From positions 125,302,001 to 125,366,000 of the forward strand of contig OZ024745.1 of assembly GCA_964016885.1 (NCBI GenBank): 64,000 nucleotides of DNA, given 5' to 3'. Origin of the DNA: Eledone cirrhosa (Eukaryota). A program made the translations under genes and the position numbers. This document shows, piece after piece, positions 41,408 through 55,445 of this stretch (within the stretch, counting starts at the first letter, position 1; each line of letters starts with the position of its first letter). The notes beneath the pieces were generated by a model. The model saw only the letters and a program-made list of their open reading frames with translations. It made no database searches and had not been told where the DNA came from.

Positions 41408-41845
41408 TCTTTCACAACCTCTGTCCAGATCTTCCTTGGTGTACCTCTACCATGGCTTCCTTCTAGTAGCATTTCCTGACACTTCTTCACTGAATATGCA
41501 CAGGACATATTCGAGACCAATGCAGTCTTATCTCCCGCACACACCCTCAGATTCCTCTTAAATCCAGCTTCTCCTGCAACTCATCCAAGCTCTGCCTATT
41601 TTTCACACTTACATTGCACAACGGAGTATAGTTGCCTCATTTCTCTTGAGTCTTCACATGCCCTCTGCAGTCACAACCTATGTTTCACTACCATGCAGTA
41701 TTGCACTTTACACACAGATGCCATAGAGTCGTTTTTTTTTTTGTACGTAGGGAGAAACCTTTTGTGGTCAACAATGGGACTATCTCTCTGAACTTTTTCT
41801 ATCCTATCCTTATTCTAGCTATTATGCACCTCATCCACTACTGAT
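41408..41845 (-). pseudogene. RTE-X-like LINE C-terminal remnant
   Basis: ARIRIG*KKFRE..LYGICV*SAILHGSET, EGSHGRGTPRKIWTEVVKE. Confidence 0.75.
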
Positions 41846-42189
41846 TACGTATATATATATATATCTGTGAACTTGTATGTCGATTGTATTATCATTATTG
41901 ATATATTCCCCTAGGGATATTAAATAGATTCATTCAGGAAAGAATTAAACATAGGAACAGTCTCACCTAAAACATTCATTTTATTACTTTACCTTAGCTT
42001 TCCAACATAAAAATTCTTTATCATGTAAAGCTTCTTTATCACTTACACATAAAATCTTGTATTTTATATTTTTATCATTTGTTTTGTTTATATTTATTTG
42101 ATTTTCCATTTTTCTTTACACTAGAGTTTATGTGTTAATATATATATTTGCATATTCACATGCGTGTATATATATATATATATATATAT

Positions 42190-42239
<50 letters not shown>

Positions 42240-42369
42240 GTATATATATACATATATATATATATATATACATACACACACATATATATATATACATACA
42301 AACATTTGCGTTACGTTTCGCTTTTTCTACTCGCTGAAATGCGATTCTCGCTGAATTTATATTTGTATT

Positions 42370-42405
<36 letters not shown>

Positions 42406-43359
42406 TACACACATACATATATATATATATATGTATATATATATATTGTGTGTGTATGTGTCTGCATGTTGTATGTGTTTGTGTGTATACATGTCTCTGT
42501 GTGGGTGTGTGTGGTGATATTTCAGATATCTGAACATTTATAGTAACAACATGAAATAGAATATATATTATCCCTACTATAAACAAACATGAAAAGAATA
42601 GCATTACTGTTAAAGAGTAGCTGATTGTCAGAAATAAACTGAAAAAAAAAGGAGAGGTGTACAAAATGAGAAGCTAGAGAGTGAATCGATTTGGATCTAT
42701 ACATCTCTTAGACTGAACAATATTCCATGTTTAGTAAACTTGGAGATAAAAAGGAAAAGGATTATTTTCTGCATGCAACACACAACCTTAACAATACATG
42801 CTGTTCAATCGGTATACATAATTACTCTACCCAATGGTATATGATGCAGATCTTCACATACATGCATATTTACTATTACTCTTGGGAGATATTCCCTCAC
42901 GTAAATTTAACCATTATTGTAAACATCATAATAAATTGTCTGTAAAATTTATTTCCTACTGCATCACCATTGCAAATATTGTAACTGTAACATTGATATT
43001 GGCCAAACTAAATATAATATGCATTCTATACTAAAATGGTAATGCTAATATGCAAGATCATTACACATATATATATTACATATATAGAGCATGAAAAATA
43101 GTTTCTAAATGCATTAAAAAAAGTCATAGAGAATAAGGATGATAATAATGTTGATGATAATGAGGAGGAAGCAAAGGATGATGATGATGATGATGATGAG
43201 GCTGATGATGATCATGATGATGGCAATGGAAATGAGAATGTCAACGAATTATAGGGGAGGGAAGATTTGGAGGAGGAATGCAGTATGTATCAGATATTCC
43301 GACAAAATTAAATTCAGTTTGCAAAAGTATATATCCACTTTCACAGTATCTGTAGAGAT

Positions 43360-44012
43360 TCAGACACCCTGCTTTGCAGCATAGAGGTATGGCCCTTTAT
43401 GATCAAATCCCGTTGAGCTTAACTTTGCCTTTCATCCTTATGGGGGTTGATAAAATAAAGTACCAGTAATGAACTGGGGTAGTCGCTGGCTGTGTGCCAA
43501 AAGTAGAAACAAAAATAAGGTTGTAACCTAAACGACATCTCTCTTTATCAAAGGAACTGTGAATATCAGTGCTTCACAATAACCTTACTGCTTATGTGAT
43601 CCAGTGAGCTGGAGAATTTGAGCTTAGAATGCAAGCACCTGAAGCAGACACTATGTAACTGATATATGCATACATACATATATATGAATATATATATATA
43701 TATGTATAAGGAAAAAAAATTGAAAATGCAACTGGAGTCTTTTAAGAATATTTATTTATTTACTTTACCGGTTTCATTAAGATTGGGATGGAGGGTTTGT
43801 GTTTTTGTTTGTCTCACACTATATATATATATATTGGGGTGGGGGATTGGCAGTATCGGTAGAGGGTTGGACAGCACAGCTACATCCCTTTACGGACTGA
43901 GTTCAAATCCCGCCGAGGTTAACTTTGTCTTTCATCCTTACGGGGTCGATAAAATAAAGTACCAGTAATACACTGGGATAATTGCTGACCTTGTGCCAAA
44001 AGTAGAAAAAAT
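43360..44012 (+). mobile_element. Two separate SINE A copies (43360-43512, 43842-44012)
   Basis: Core and tail match. Confidence 0.85.
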
Positions 44013-44035
44013 TATATATATATATATATATATAT

Positions 44036-44240
44036 ATGGAGGTGCCACGACAAAAAAGCACCCAGCCCACACTGTAAAGTGGTCGTGGAGGTGCCACGGA
44101 TAAAAAGCACCCACCACCCACTGTAAATGAGGTTGGTGTTAGGAATGGCATCCAGCTGTAGAAATCATGCCAGAATCAGTTCCTGTCCCACCCTTGCAAG
44201 CAGGGAAAAAGCAGACGTAAATTGAAATGAAATGAAAATG
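44036..44240 (+). mobile_element. SINE family C 3' part with internal ~48-bp repeats
   Basis: GTAAATGAGGTTGGTGTTAGGAA(T/G)GGCATCCAGCTGTAGAAA..GACGTAAA; related copies at 49135, 58570 and 61495. Confidence 0.75.
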
Positions 44241-44737
44241 AATCAATATATATATATATATAAAGATTCAGGACCCCAGAGGTCCTGAATCTTTTCATAT
44301 TACCCACTCTACTACACCAACTATAGACTACTTTGGTGGTCTACCACACCCTATCTCATATATATATATATATATATATATATTAATATATATACACATA
44401 TATATCAAACCATATCTCTGCACATTTTATTTTTATTCAAAGATAGTAACATGAGCACAGCAAGGATAAAAACACAAATAAGACAGACAAATGAAAAAAA
44501 ACATGCTTGTCTCCAGCCACCAACTAACTGTAGGTTATGTAACAATCCAGTTTCGATGCATACAATGAGGTTGGAACTACAGTTGTATACGGAGCTTGTA
44601 TAATTCTAGCTACTAGCGAATAATAAGTCGGGGGTGAGTAGGCTTGTTGCTGGTTGTTTGATTTGTAGTGGGATTGATGTAGTTGAGGATATTGAAGTTG
44701 AATCAGTGTCTGGTTGGTCAAATTCATGGCAAGTGAG

Positions 44738-45005
44738 CTGATGCATATCTAGGGAAAATAGCACCTATAGCAAGCAGTGAAATTGCAACCCCTGAACAGC
44801 CCTGTATTTTTACCTATGGGCCTAATAATTTATACAAATAGTTTAATGATCCCGCCACCATAGTGTTCTCCCCCATGACAGAGACAGATCACACATATGA
44901 AGGAGTTTCTTTTTTCACTCCCTGATGAGGCTTATTTGACATTCTCCTAGTGCAAGTGGCACCCCTGGTATGTGCCATGCTTGCCATACCCTAGTTACAC
45001 ATCTG
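44738..45005. mobile_element. hAT-type MITE
   Basis: Imperfect TIRs CTGATGCATATCTAGGG / CCCTAGTTACACATCTG and an exact 8-bp TSD CAAGTGAG. Confidence 0.75.
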
Positions 45006-46718
45006 CAAGTGAGTGAAGTATGGCTCAGTGAGTTGAGAGAATGGTTGCTGTGATATCTTGCCATAGTCTATGTAACCAGAAGTTGTTTCAGGTTGAAGTT
45101 TGAATATGATGTTGTGGGTTAAGTGATTTCTCCAGTGACTGATATAAAATTACAAATGAAAATCAAAGTCCTTAATTAAATATGTTTATATTCTGTTTGC
45201 ATGATTTACCCCAAAATCATGTTGTTTGAACAAAAAATCAAAGGAAACGTTTTTGAGATTAGACAAAATGTACTTTCGATAAGATGCTATTTGATGTTTG
45301 GTTGATTTAGATATATGCAAATGAAGCAAATGAATGTAAGAATCTGAAATGGTGAAATTATTATCTTGTTAGTAAGTATGGTCAGAACAGAATTGACCAT
45401 AGAGGTCCGGCCTGGCAAATTTCGAAGTGAGTGAGAGACTTTTTGTGGCAGAGAAAAGAAGTAAACTATCTGATGGGGTTAGATATCTCTTATTTATAAT
45501 GTTTGGGTCTCCAAAAGACTAACCAGATGATCCTTGAGAGCTATCCCCTTTGAAAGAAAGGAATTAAATCATATGGCAATAATGCAGGCCCAAACAAAGG
45601 AATTGCTATCTAAGTTAAGTTGACTGAGCTTAAAGGTCAGTGTGTGTTAATGTGTCACTATTTGCAAACATGGGAAAATCCTCTTTCTCTACAAATAGAC
45701 AAAACAAGAAATAAATATACAAAATAAGTGACCAACAACATTATAATGATTATAATGTCAAGAAAAATAAGGTACCTTCTAAAATCTGGACAAAACAATG
45801 TAAAATCAAAGGGTACATTTGTTCAGACTGGCAAACACAGAAAGAAGGAAAATATTTTGGGTTTTTCTTCAGAATAGAATGAAAGAGAAAGTCAGAAAAA
45901 GAACATGGGACTGTGTAAAGGTAAGTGGGGCCAAGAGGAGCCATATATACATTCTGGAAGGAGAGAGAGGTAGAGAGGCAGAAAGAAATAAGACAAAGGA
46001 GAGTGATAGTGAGAGATGGAAAGAGGAGAAAGTAAAATTAATACATGCTCCTTTAAAATGATTAGTATGTGATAATATTGAATGGTAACATATATGTACA
46101 TACACAAAGTTGACTACATGTTGAAATTTTAACAACTTCAATAAAATATAAATATAAAAATTATTGTTGTCTATATAATCATTATTTTATCAGATTATCA
46201 CTTGAATATTTTCTATTCAATATTGAAAATATATACTCCCATTAGGAACTGATATTTTAACAGCTCCAATTGAAATTATTCATCCTCATTTTATTCTATT
46301 TCATTTCATATTTATTTTTTCTTATTGTTTACACTACTGATTATATTAATGTGTTTAATTTTTTGCTTTAGTTGGTTTGTTTTCTCGTTTCTTTCTTCAT
46401 TTGTTTTGGTTGTTGTTGTAAAGACAAGCCTCATGTAATGCAATTTTTGGCCTTAAAATGTTGCTATTTTTGAGACATGTTAACCCAGACACATCTTTGA
46501 GTTGTTGGAGTTGATTCCATTATGTAATATGCTGAAAATAATTTACATTTCCTTCCTCGTCTAATGGATATGGAATTGAAATTTCCTATTTCTAATGACA
46601 ACCATTTTTTTCAATGTTATGTTGCATATATAGCTATTGTATGTATTTACTCAATTGTTTCTTTTCACTCACACAATATATCTATTATATATGAATATAT
46701 TCATAAATGTCAGGCATG

Positions 46719-46754
<36 letters not shown>

Positions 46755-46763
46755 TATGTGTGA

Positions 46764-46802
<39 letters not shown>

Positions 46803-46899
46803 TATGTGTGAGTGTATATATATATATATATATATAAGTATATATATATATATATATATATAAGTATATATATATATGTATATATATATATGTATATGA

Positions 46900-46951
<52 letters not shown>

Positions 46952-46998
46952 ATATGTGTGAGTGGGTATATATATATATATATAAGTATATATATAAG

Positions 46999-47029
<31 letters not shown>

Positions 47030-47412
47030 TTCAAGAGTAACCAATCTTAAAGAGAGAGATGGAGATAGGAGAGGAGAGATTGGTGAATTAGTTAGAAGCC
47101 AAAGCGTAAAGGCATGCGCTCAATGTGCAATATGCAGTAGAAAGCAGCTAGGTGGCTGGGTTCATGCGGAAGTTAGGCGCACAGAGCTGGAAATATTCAT
47201 TAGTTAAGCAAAACAAGGCCACAAATTTCATAAGGAAGACATTATTAAAAGATTGTCAGCATATTTTAGCTTGATGTAAGGAATGTAGAGAATAATAATA
47301 ATAATATTAATAATAATAATGTCCGTTTACAATTATTTCGCTACTCCATATAATATTTCTGGATCAGATGACTATATATCATTATTGATCTGGTTCAGTT
47401 GAAAATAATTAA

Positions 47413-47870
47413 CATATTTAAAAACAGAGGGGCTCATCGGAACTTCAAAGGAATATAAATTAAAATAAGGAGAGAATGTTACATAAATGTTCCTTTGAAG
47501 TTCCGATGTGCTGCTCTATTTTTAAATATGCACACAACTAAGCACACAATACACACAAAAACAAGATGGCGTAGGACAGAACAAAGGAAAGGCACAAAAC
47601 AATGAAAAGAATCCCCAGTCGCTGAAGAGGTCACAGAATGTGTGACGAAAGAACTTTGACATTATATGGACAACCGTCCGGTTGTGGAACCAGCCAACCA
47701 GCCGGAAATTTATAATTTTCTTTTTTTCTTTTTAATTTATAATAAATTGGAATGAAAGCAACTGGTGCATGTGTTTCTTATTGGCAACATGACCCTCCCA
47801 AAGTATAACAATATCGGTTTCAACACACGTTTTCAGTTAAGGAATCTTGCTAAAGAAATTCAGAAACGAA
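47413..47870 (+). mobile_element. Solo pLTR-like module with 5' hairpin and HHR
   Basis: Reverse complement of 9316-9600; hairpin at 47413-47530; ends at (TA)n. Confidence 0.75.
47618..47660 (+). ncRNA. Hammerhead-like motif
   Basis: GUCG-CUGAAGA-g-GUCACA gaaug UGUGAC-GAAA-GAACU-U-UGAC. Confidence 0.6.
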
Positions 47871-47876
47871 ATATAT

Positions 47877-47925
<49 letters not shown>

Positions 47926-47980
47926 TATGTATACATGTATATATATATATACATACATATGTATATATACTTATATATAA

Positions 47981-48031
<51 letters not shown>

Positions 48032-48395
48032 CGTGTATGGGTGGGTGTTATTTATGTTTGCCTGTTGCATTATATATATATATATACACACATTATATAT
48101 GCATGTATATTATATATACATACATAAAAATAACTCATCGCTAGTAAAGCCGTTAAAACAAGTAAATGCTATCAAAAACAGCAATGGGCAAAAATTTCTC
48201 AGAGGGCAGAGATCCGCAGCCAGTGGTCAATAGAGAGACAATCCAGAAGGTGAGTGACAGGGAGATGAAATATAAAATGATTGAAAGGGAAATGCCTGGA
48301 AGAAGGAAATAAAGAAAAGCGCTGTATAAGACAAGTTTATACACACACATCTTCACATCCATCAGCTCTCTAACCATTGCTTTAGCTTATTACAT

Positions 48396-48513
48396 AATTG
48401 TTTCTACTTTTGGCACAATGCCAGCAATTAACCAGTATATTACTGGTACTTTATTTTATCGACCCCGTAAGGATGAAAGGCAAAGTTAACCTCGGCGGGA
48501 TTTGAACTCAGAA
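48396..48513 (-). mobile_element. 5'-truncated SINE A with TSD TATTACATAAT
   Basis: Core match; duplication at ~48388 and ~48530. Confidence 0.85.
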
Positions 48514-48603
48514 TGGAGTTGTTACATATTATTACATAATGGTTTGCTAACCAGTATGACCAGATCTATGCATTATTTAAGCCATCCAACATAAATAGTA
48601 TAT

Positions 48604-48971
48604 AATACAATATGTTGAAAAGGTAACACACCAGAGAGAGATATACAGTGCGCTATCAATAAAACAGGGAAAAAACCACCAGTGTATGGAATCTATAACC
48701 TATGAAAGGCAGACTATAGACACGATAATTAAAAATATAAATTAATTTAAAGGCAGACTATAGACACGATAATTAAAAATATAAATTAATTTAAAGGCAG
48801 ACTATAGACACGATAATTAAAAATATAAATTAATTTATATTTTTAATTATCGTGTCTATAGTCTGCCTTTCATAGGTTATAGATTCCATACACTGGTGGT
48901 TTTTTCCCTGTTTTATTGATAGCGCACTGTATATCTCTCTCTGGTGTGTTACCTTTTCAACATATTGTATT
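48604..48971. repeat. Perfect spacerless palindrome (140-bp arms) with a 44-bp unit triplicated in the left arm
   Basis: Centre 48831/48832; units start at 48705, 48749 and 48793. Confidence 0.95.
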
Positions 48972-49134
48972 TTAAAAAGCTCAGGACTTCTCCTTTGAGC
49001 ACATTATTTACAGGGAATGGCGAGGGCCTATGGCTCGGTTAATTTATCGTGATATATATATATATATATATATGCGTGTGCCTACGTGTATGTGTGTGTA
49101 TGTTTGTGTGAATATACATATGCATGTACCAGGC

Positions 49135-49344
49135 CAAAACACTGTAAAGTGGTCATGTAGGTGTCACTGCAAAAAGCACTCAGTAGTCAGTGTAAATGAG
49201 GTTGGCTTTAGGAAGGGCATCCATCTGTAGAAACCAACCCCAAATCAGTTCTGTATAAGTAAGACATCGTCATCTGCTATAACATTGCCCACAACAGGAC
49301 AACTCGTCTAACCCATGCTAGCATGAAGAAATGGACGTAAAACG

Positions 49345-49372
<28 letters not shown>
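49135..49372 (+). mobile_element. SINE C with (GAT)n tail
   Basis: Family match. Confidence 0.75.
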
Positions 49373-49544
<172 letters not shown>

Positions 49545-51179
49545 ACAGACTGAAAGAAATCAGTATTGTGTATTTGACTATAAATTTGTAAGCGGGAGTA
49601 TAACTGTAAACATATCCCATATCAGAATAGAAGAGACCAAGTAAAAAATATTGTGTTGATATGTGATCATTAATCACAAAATATTGTTTAATATATTTCG
49701 CATGTTTCTTCTTATTTTTTTGTTTCATAATCTTATTGCTTTCGACGACTTTAGATCATATATTTATCTAGACCCAAGTAAATATACATTAATATGTCTA
49801 TCATTCCTGTAGATGCATTTACCTGGGGAATCTTCATAATATTTCAAGCTGTATTTAATGCAGTGTCTGATGATTTACTCATGGCTGAAAACGCCTATTG
49901 CAATAAAATACAACGGTTATCCTATAACTTAAAATGTATATGTGGCGAGAAGAAAACAAGAGAAAATTATTATCAAATGCAGTTGATTGGAAATTCTTTT
50001 GCAGTTGAAATTTGAAAACCTCACAATGTTATACTGGTTTATATTTAACATTTGTTTCTTTTTACAACTAAACAAAATACTAGTAAGGAAAAATAAATAA
50101 ATATTATAAAAAGCTTTATTAACAATTTTCCCAGGTGTACATTAAATAGATCACGCTTGTCTGACTTTATGACATCACTCTTAACTTCTTACTTTCAAGG
50201 TATGTTTAGCCGCTACCAACATGTTTCGCAAACATTGTTAAGTGGTAAATCCAATTTACAATATATTCTCAGTTTTAATAATAAAAGTCTTTCTTTAGAC
50301 ATGAAATTAATACATGTATGAATGTGTGTGTATCCATGCATGTGTATGTGTATGTGTGTGCCTGGAAAATTGGCAGAGGCATTAGAACATCAGACAGAAT
50401 GCTTTGTAGTATGTGTTCTGGCTTTCTACACACTCTCTGTTCAAATCCCACCTCAGTCAATTTTGCTATTCATGCTTTTGATGTTGATAAAGAAATTACC
50501 ATTCTAGCACTTGAGTCAACTTATATCACTACCACCCCCTCTCTCTCTCCCTCACTATCTATCTATCTACCTTTCTATCTCTATCTATCTATCTTTTTCT
50601 AGTCTCTAGAAGAAATAAGTTGTGTTCAGACGTAGGAAAAAGCATGGTTCTATCAGGTTTAAAGTTCCCAAGATGTGCTTGATATCACAAGAGTACCTAT
50701 GAACCTAGATTTACAAGATTTGGGCTTAATGTACTCATCAATCCCCCAAGGCTCCATTCAATCATGTTTACATCTATAGGATTGAACTTAGCTTCAGACA
50801 TATATGTATAAGAATTTTGTATATGTAAAGAAATACGGTATGTTTATAAATAAACATTCTGAAAGTGATAACTACGAATATAAAACAGGCGGTCAGCGCC
50901 ATCAAGCAGTGTCTGGCAGAAGCAAGATGGGCATCTATATATTTATATTTTTATTTATAACAAAGTATTGTAGTTTGTTTGAATAAGAAATACGAATTTA
51001 ACTAGGAAATAAGTTTAAATATTTGGAAGCCTGGCAATGCATGTGAGATTATAAGTGCTTAGGTAATAAGAATTAGAGAAAATAGGATAAAAGGAGTGAG
51101 AAAATAGTGAGAACGGTAGTATTTTACCTTAGCAATTTTATTGATCCCAAATATTTTCGGATATACCATGCATTATTTA

Positions 51180-51365
51180 TGGATTGGCAGTATCGGTAGA
51201 GGGTCGGACGCCATGCTTTGACGCAAAGAGTTATGGTCCTTTCCATTCTGAGTTCAAATCCCGCCAAGGTTAACTTTGCCTTTCATCCTTACGGGGTCGA
51301 TAAAATAAAGTACCAGTAATGCACTGGGTAATTGCTGGCCTTCTGCCAAAAGTAGAAACAATTAT
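51180..51365 (+). mobile_element. SINE A
   Basis: Full-length match. Confidence 0.9.
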
Positions 51366-54218
51366 TTATATTTACATTTTTATCCTTACTTTTATCTAAT
51401 TTTAAAAATTTCTTCAGTTTCACAATCCCCAAATACTGACCTTTCAATACAATTGATCCCCCTTTTAACATCCATGCACACATTAAAAATGACATCTGGA
51501 AAATTAGTATGGCTGGTAAGAACATTTGCTATTGTTAACCAAGTGAATTCAATTGAACCCTGACCTGTTGAACTCCTCCTCCAACTTCACCACCACACCT
51601 TCATAAAGAACATAAGAAGACATTTTGACAGAAAACTCACATATATTCAAACAACTCACAGCATACATGAAAAAACGTTTGTTTTAATAGTTAATATTTA
51701 ATATCTAATATTTGATAAGATTGTTATACCAATTGAAACGGGTTATATTTAATGCAACTATTATAAAATTATTCATTCTGTTAGTTTACAGAAAAGATAC
51801 TCTTTAAATGTAGGTCTGTGCATATTTGGAGGTATTTGAAGAACTAACGAATCAAATTGTTTTTTTCATATGGTGTTAAGATGAAAAGTAATACACTTTA
51901 GTTGAGGTTATGACCCTTTGAAAGGAATGGCTGAATGGTGTTAATAGTAGAATTGGCATAAAAATCTATTAGGAGGAAAGGGATTGCCAAACTGTTGAAT
52001 GTATCTGGTATAGTGAAGTTTAAAAGGAATGTCAAAATAAATGGTGATTAGTGTTGTATTGAGTTTTTAGGTGAATATAAATTAAGGTTAATATAAATAT
52101 AAGGTGAATATAAATTAAGGTTATGGCTAGGAAAGATAGTATATTAAAAGATGAAAATTATAATAAGATAATGAAATACAGTAATGCGATAATATATAAT
52201 ATAACCAACGCAATATAGTACGGTGTGGTAAATTTCACTTAGTATCATACAGCATAAAATACTTTCAAGTATGTTTATGTATAAATAATTAAACTCAGAT
52301 AAATACATGTTGGCATAGTTAAAACACATAAATTTCATAGATTATAAAGGGCACATATCCCCACTATATATAGAGAGGTACAGTTATATTGATATCCAAC
52401 CAAAAATATACATACCCACAAATAGATGCAAACCTAAATACACATTTACACATGAGCACATAATCATATACACACATATCCATACATATCTATATCTACA
52501 CATACACACCTATACCCACATATATACATATATATATATATATACATACATACATATATATATGTACATATATATATATACACACACACACATATATATA
52601 TAGATATGTGTGTGTATGTACACTCCTCATACATGTACACACATTCAGATATAAACACTCATACACATATACTCACATATACACACACACAAACACACAT
52701 ATATATATACACACATACACACACATACATATACATATATATATACATACATATATACACATACATAGATATATATATATACACACATAAATATATTTCC
52801 ATATCTTACATAGATATATATTTACTCATGCAATTACGGGTGGTTGTGTACCTTGTGCCTTTAGTCATTAACGCATAAACCTAAGGAAGCTAAAACATTA
52901 AAAGGTAAAAAATAATCATGAATGCATATAATTAGGGGAAAGGGGTACTAATAAATGTTACTCTATATAGAATTATAGTGAGTTGCTATTTAGAATATTT
53001 AATTAGGTTTATAATATTTAAATGTTCTTCGTATACAGTGATTACAAACTATGATCAGTTCCTGCCTTTTATTTAATAAATCATCCTTAGATTTAGTAAT
53101 TTCCATATATATATATATATATACATTTCCATATATATATATACATTTAGTCACATACAATCACAATCAATTTCACCCAGCTACTTTCATATACACTTAT
53201 TCACACAGTAATTTTCATTACATATATTACATGGTTATTGATTCAGATATTTAACATATCTAATAATAATTATATTTCTAAAATATTGTGTTGTCTATTC
53301 AATATTACAATGTTTGTTTTATAATTACTTTTACACTATTCTTGTAAATTTGGGTAAAAGAAAATATAGTCGCTTTTAGAATATTTAATGATAAAATCTA
53401 TTTCATTGAATGTTTTACATTTATTACTCGTTTTTGGTAGACATGATATTCTTTTTTTCTTTTTCATTTATACGGAGAAAATTAACGATGTTTCAATTTA
53501 TAATCAAAGCATTATCTTTGGAAAATTTAAATACAATGTTTACAAATATAGCAAGTTGACATTTAGAACTATATATGTTTGTGTCTTATTGGAATGTAGC
53601 TTCTTCTCAGTTTCGTACAGCAAATAAGTACCACTGATTCTTCAAAGAACTCACATTGCTTTAATTAATTGAGATAATTGTGTAAGGTATTGGACTATTA
53701 GTTCAAATATTCTGGTTGTTGTTGTTTAACTGCTAATTATCTATGAACAAGAAGACTTATAATCAAATGCACTTCAACCATGACCATATGTTTTTCTTTT
53801 TTTTCCGATATAAGTTATAAGTTAAGGGATAAGTGGCTGTTGTTTCTAGCACAGGATTGCCTCATTGACTAATTATTTATATGTTCTTTTTCTTTCAGTT
53901 CTAGTAAATATTGAGATTTCAATGGCTCCTCAAGTTAAATATTTACTTGTATGTGTCTCGGTTTACTTACTTGTAAGAAACAAGTATCTGATTACATCAA
54001 AATTTTACCCACAACAGAGTGGTTTACACACCATGCATGAAATGAATCTTTAATCCACTTAGTCATAATAAATAAAGTGTTATTCATTAGATTTATGAAA
54101 AGATTAAACACTTTATCTCCTATTTAGAATCGTATTCCATCTCACAGCAATTCTATTACTTATCAGAAACGGGGATCGCTAAACTCTGCAGTACTCTAAA
54201 TCTTATTATTGAAAAGCC

Positions 54219-54435
54219 TGTGGATTGGCATTATTGGCAGAGAATCAAACACCATGCTTTGCAGAAGAGTTATGGCCCTTTATGTTCTGTGTTCAAATCC
54301 CACCGTTGTTAGCTTTGCCTTTCATCCTTACGGGGTCAATAAAATAAAGCAGCAGTGAATCACTGTTGTCGATTTAATTGACTTTCCCTCCACCCCTAAA
54401 TAGCTGTCCATGTGCCTATAGTTGAAATCATTATT
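54219..54435 (+). mobile_element. SINE A (long)
   Basis: Family match. Confidence 0.85.
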
Positions 54436-54457
54436 GAAAATCATGTTTATCTTTTTA

Positions 54458-54540
<83 letters not shown>

Positions 54541-55034
54541 GGTTGCAATATAGAAATGCCATGATGCATACATTACACAGTGAATTATCAACATGTTAAT
54601 TGAGCAGATATATTTCATTTTCTATTTTTAATTTGATCAATAAAGAAGATCTGTGCCTATGGCTTTTGCAGACCTTCTGAGACCAGTTATATTATTAGGA
54701 CTAACATGACTTCTGAACTTCTTTGTATTCCAAAAGCTACTAGAAGAACATAGGCAAGGTGAGAATTTCAGAGGATTAAATAAAATATACAATTTGTCCA
54801 TTAATCTAGAAACTAAAACATGCAGCACTATTATGCATACACGTTGCCTTGGAGGAGTGATAACATATCTGAAAACCATATTATTTCCAGCAACTACATT
54901 GCCTTGCATTTGAGATGAAAAAATTATTTACAAGGTCCTCATCAAGACAGAATAAAGTACTATTCACATATTGTGGCTTATATAACAAACCTCTGTTTTC
55001 TACAAGTCTACCAATATTAGAAATGAACGATAAA

Positions 55035-55445
55035 GGTAGTGGATTGGTAGCATTGGTAAATCATCAGATAAAATGTATTGTGACATCATTTCTTCATTCT
55101 GTGTTTAAAACCTGTTGAGATCGACTTTCCTTTTCCTCTTTCTGAGGTGAAGGAGATAGTGTGCCATTCAAGCTCTGGATCGATTTAATTAACTTTCTCT
55201 TTTTCACCCAAATCTGCTGACCTTGTGCCAAAATTAGAAATCATTATTAGTGAAATTCCCATTGCGAAAAGGTGAATTGGCAGTATCGGTAGAGGGTTGG
55301 ACGCCATGCTTTCTAGCATAGTTACGTCCCTTTACAGTCTGAGTTCAAATCCCAGTAACGTTAACTTTGCCTTTCATCCTTACGGGGTTGATAAAATAAA
55401 GTACCAGTAATGTACTGGGTAATTGCCTAAAGTAGAAACAATTAT
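55035..55445 (+). mobile_element. Old SINE A followed by a young SINE A
   Basis: ATTATTAGTGAAATTCCCA duplicated around the young copy. Confidence 0.8.

Noticed and set aside
49858-49902. CTGATGA..GAAA hammerhead candidate
   Set aside because: Stem II and stem I do not pair adjacent to the core
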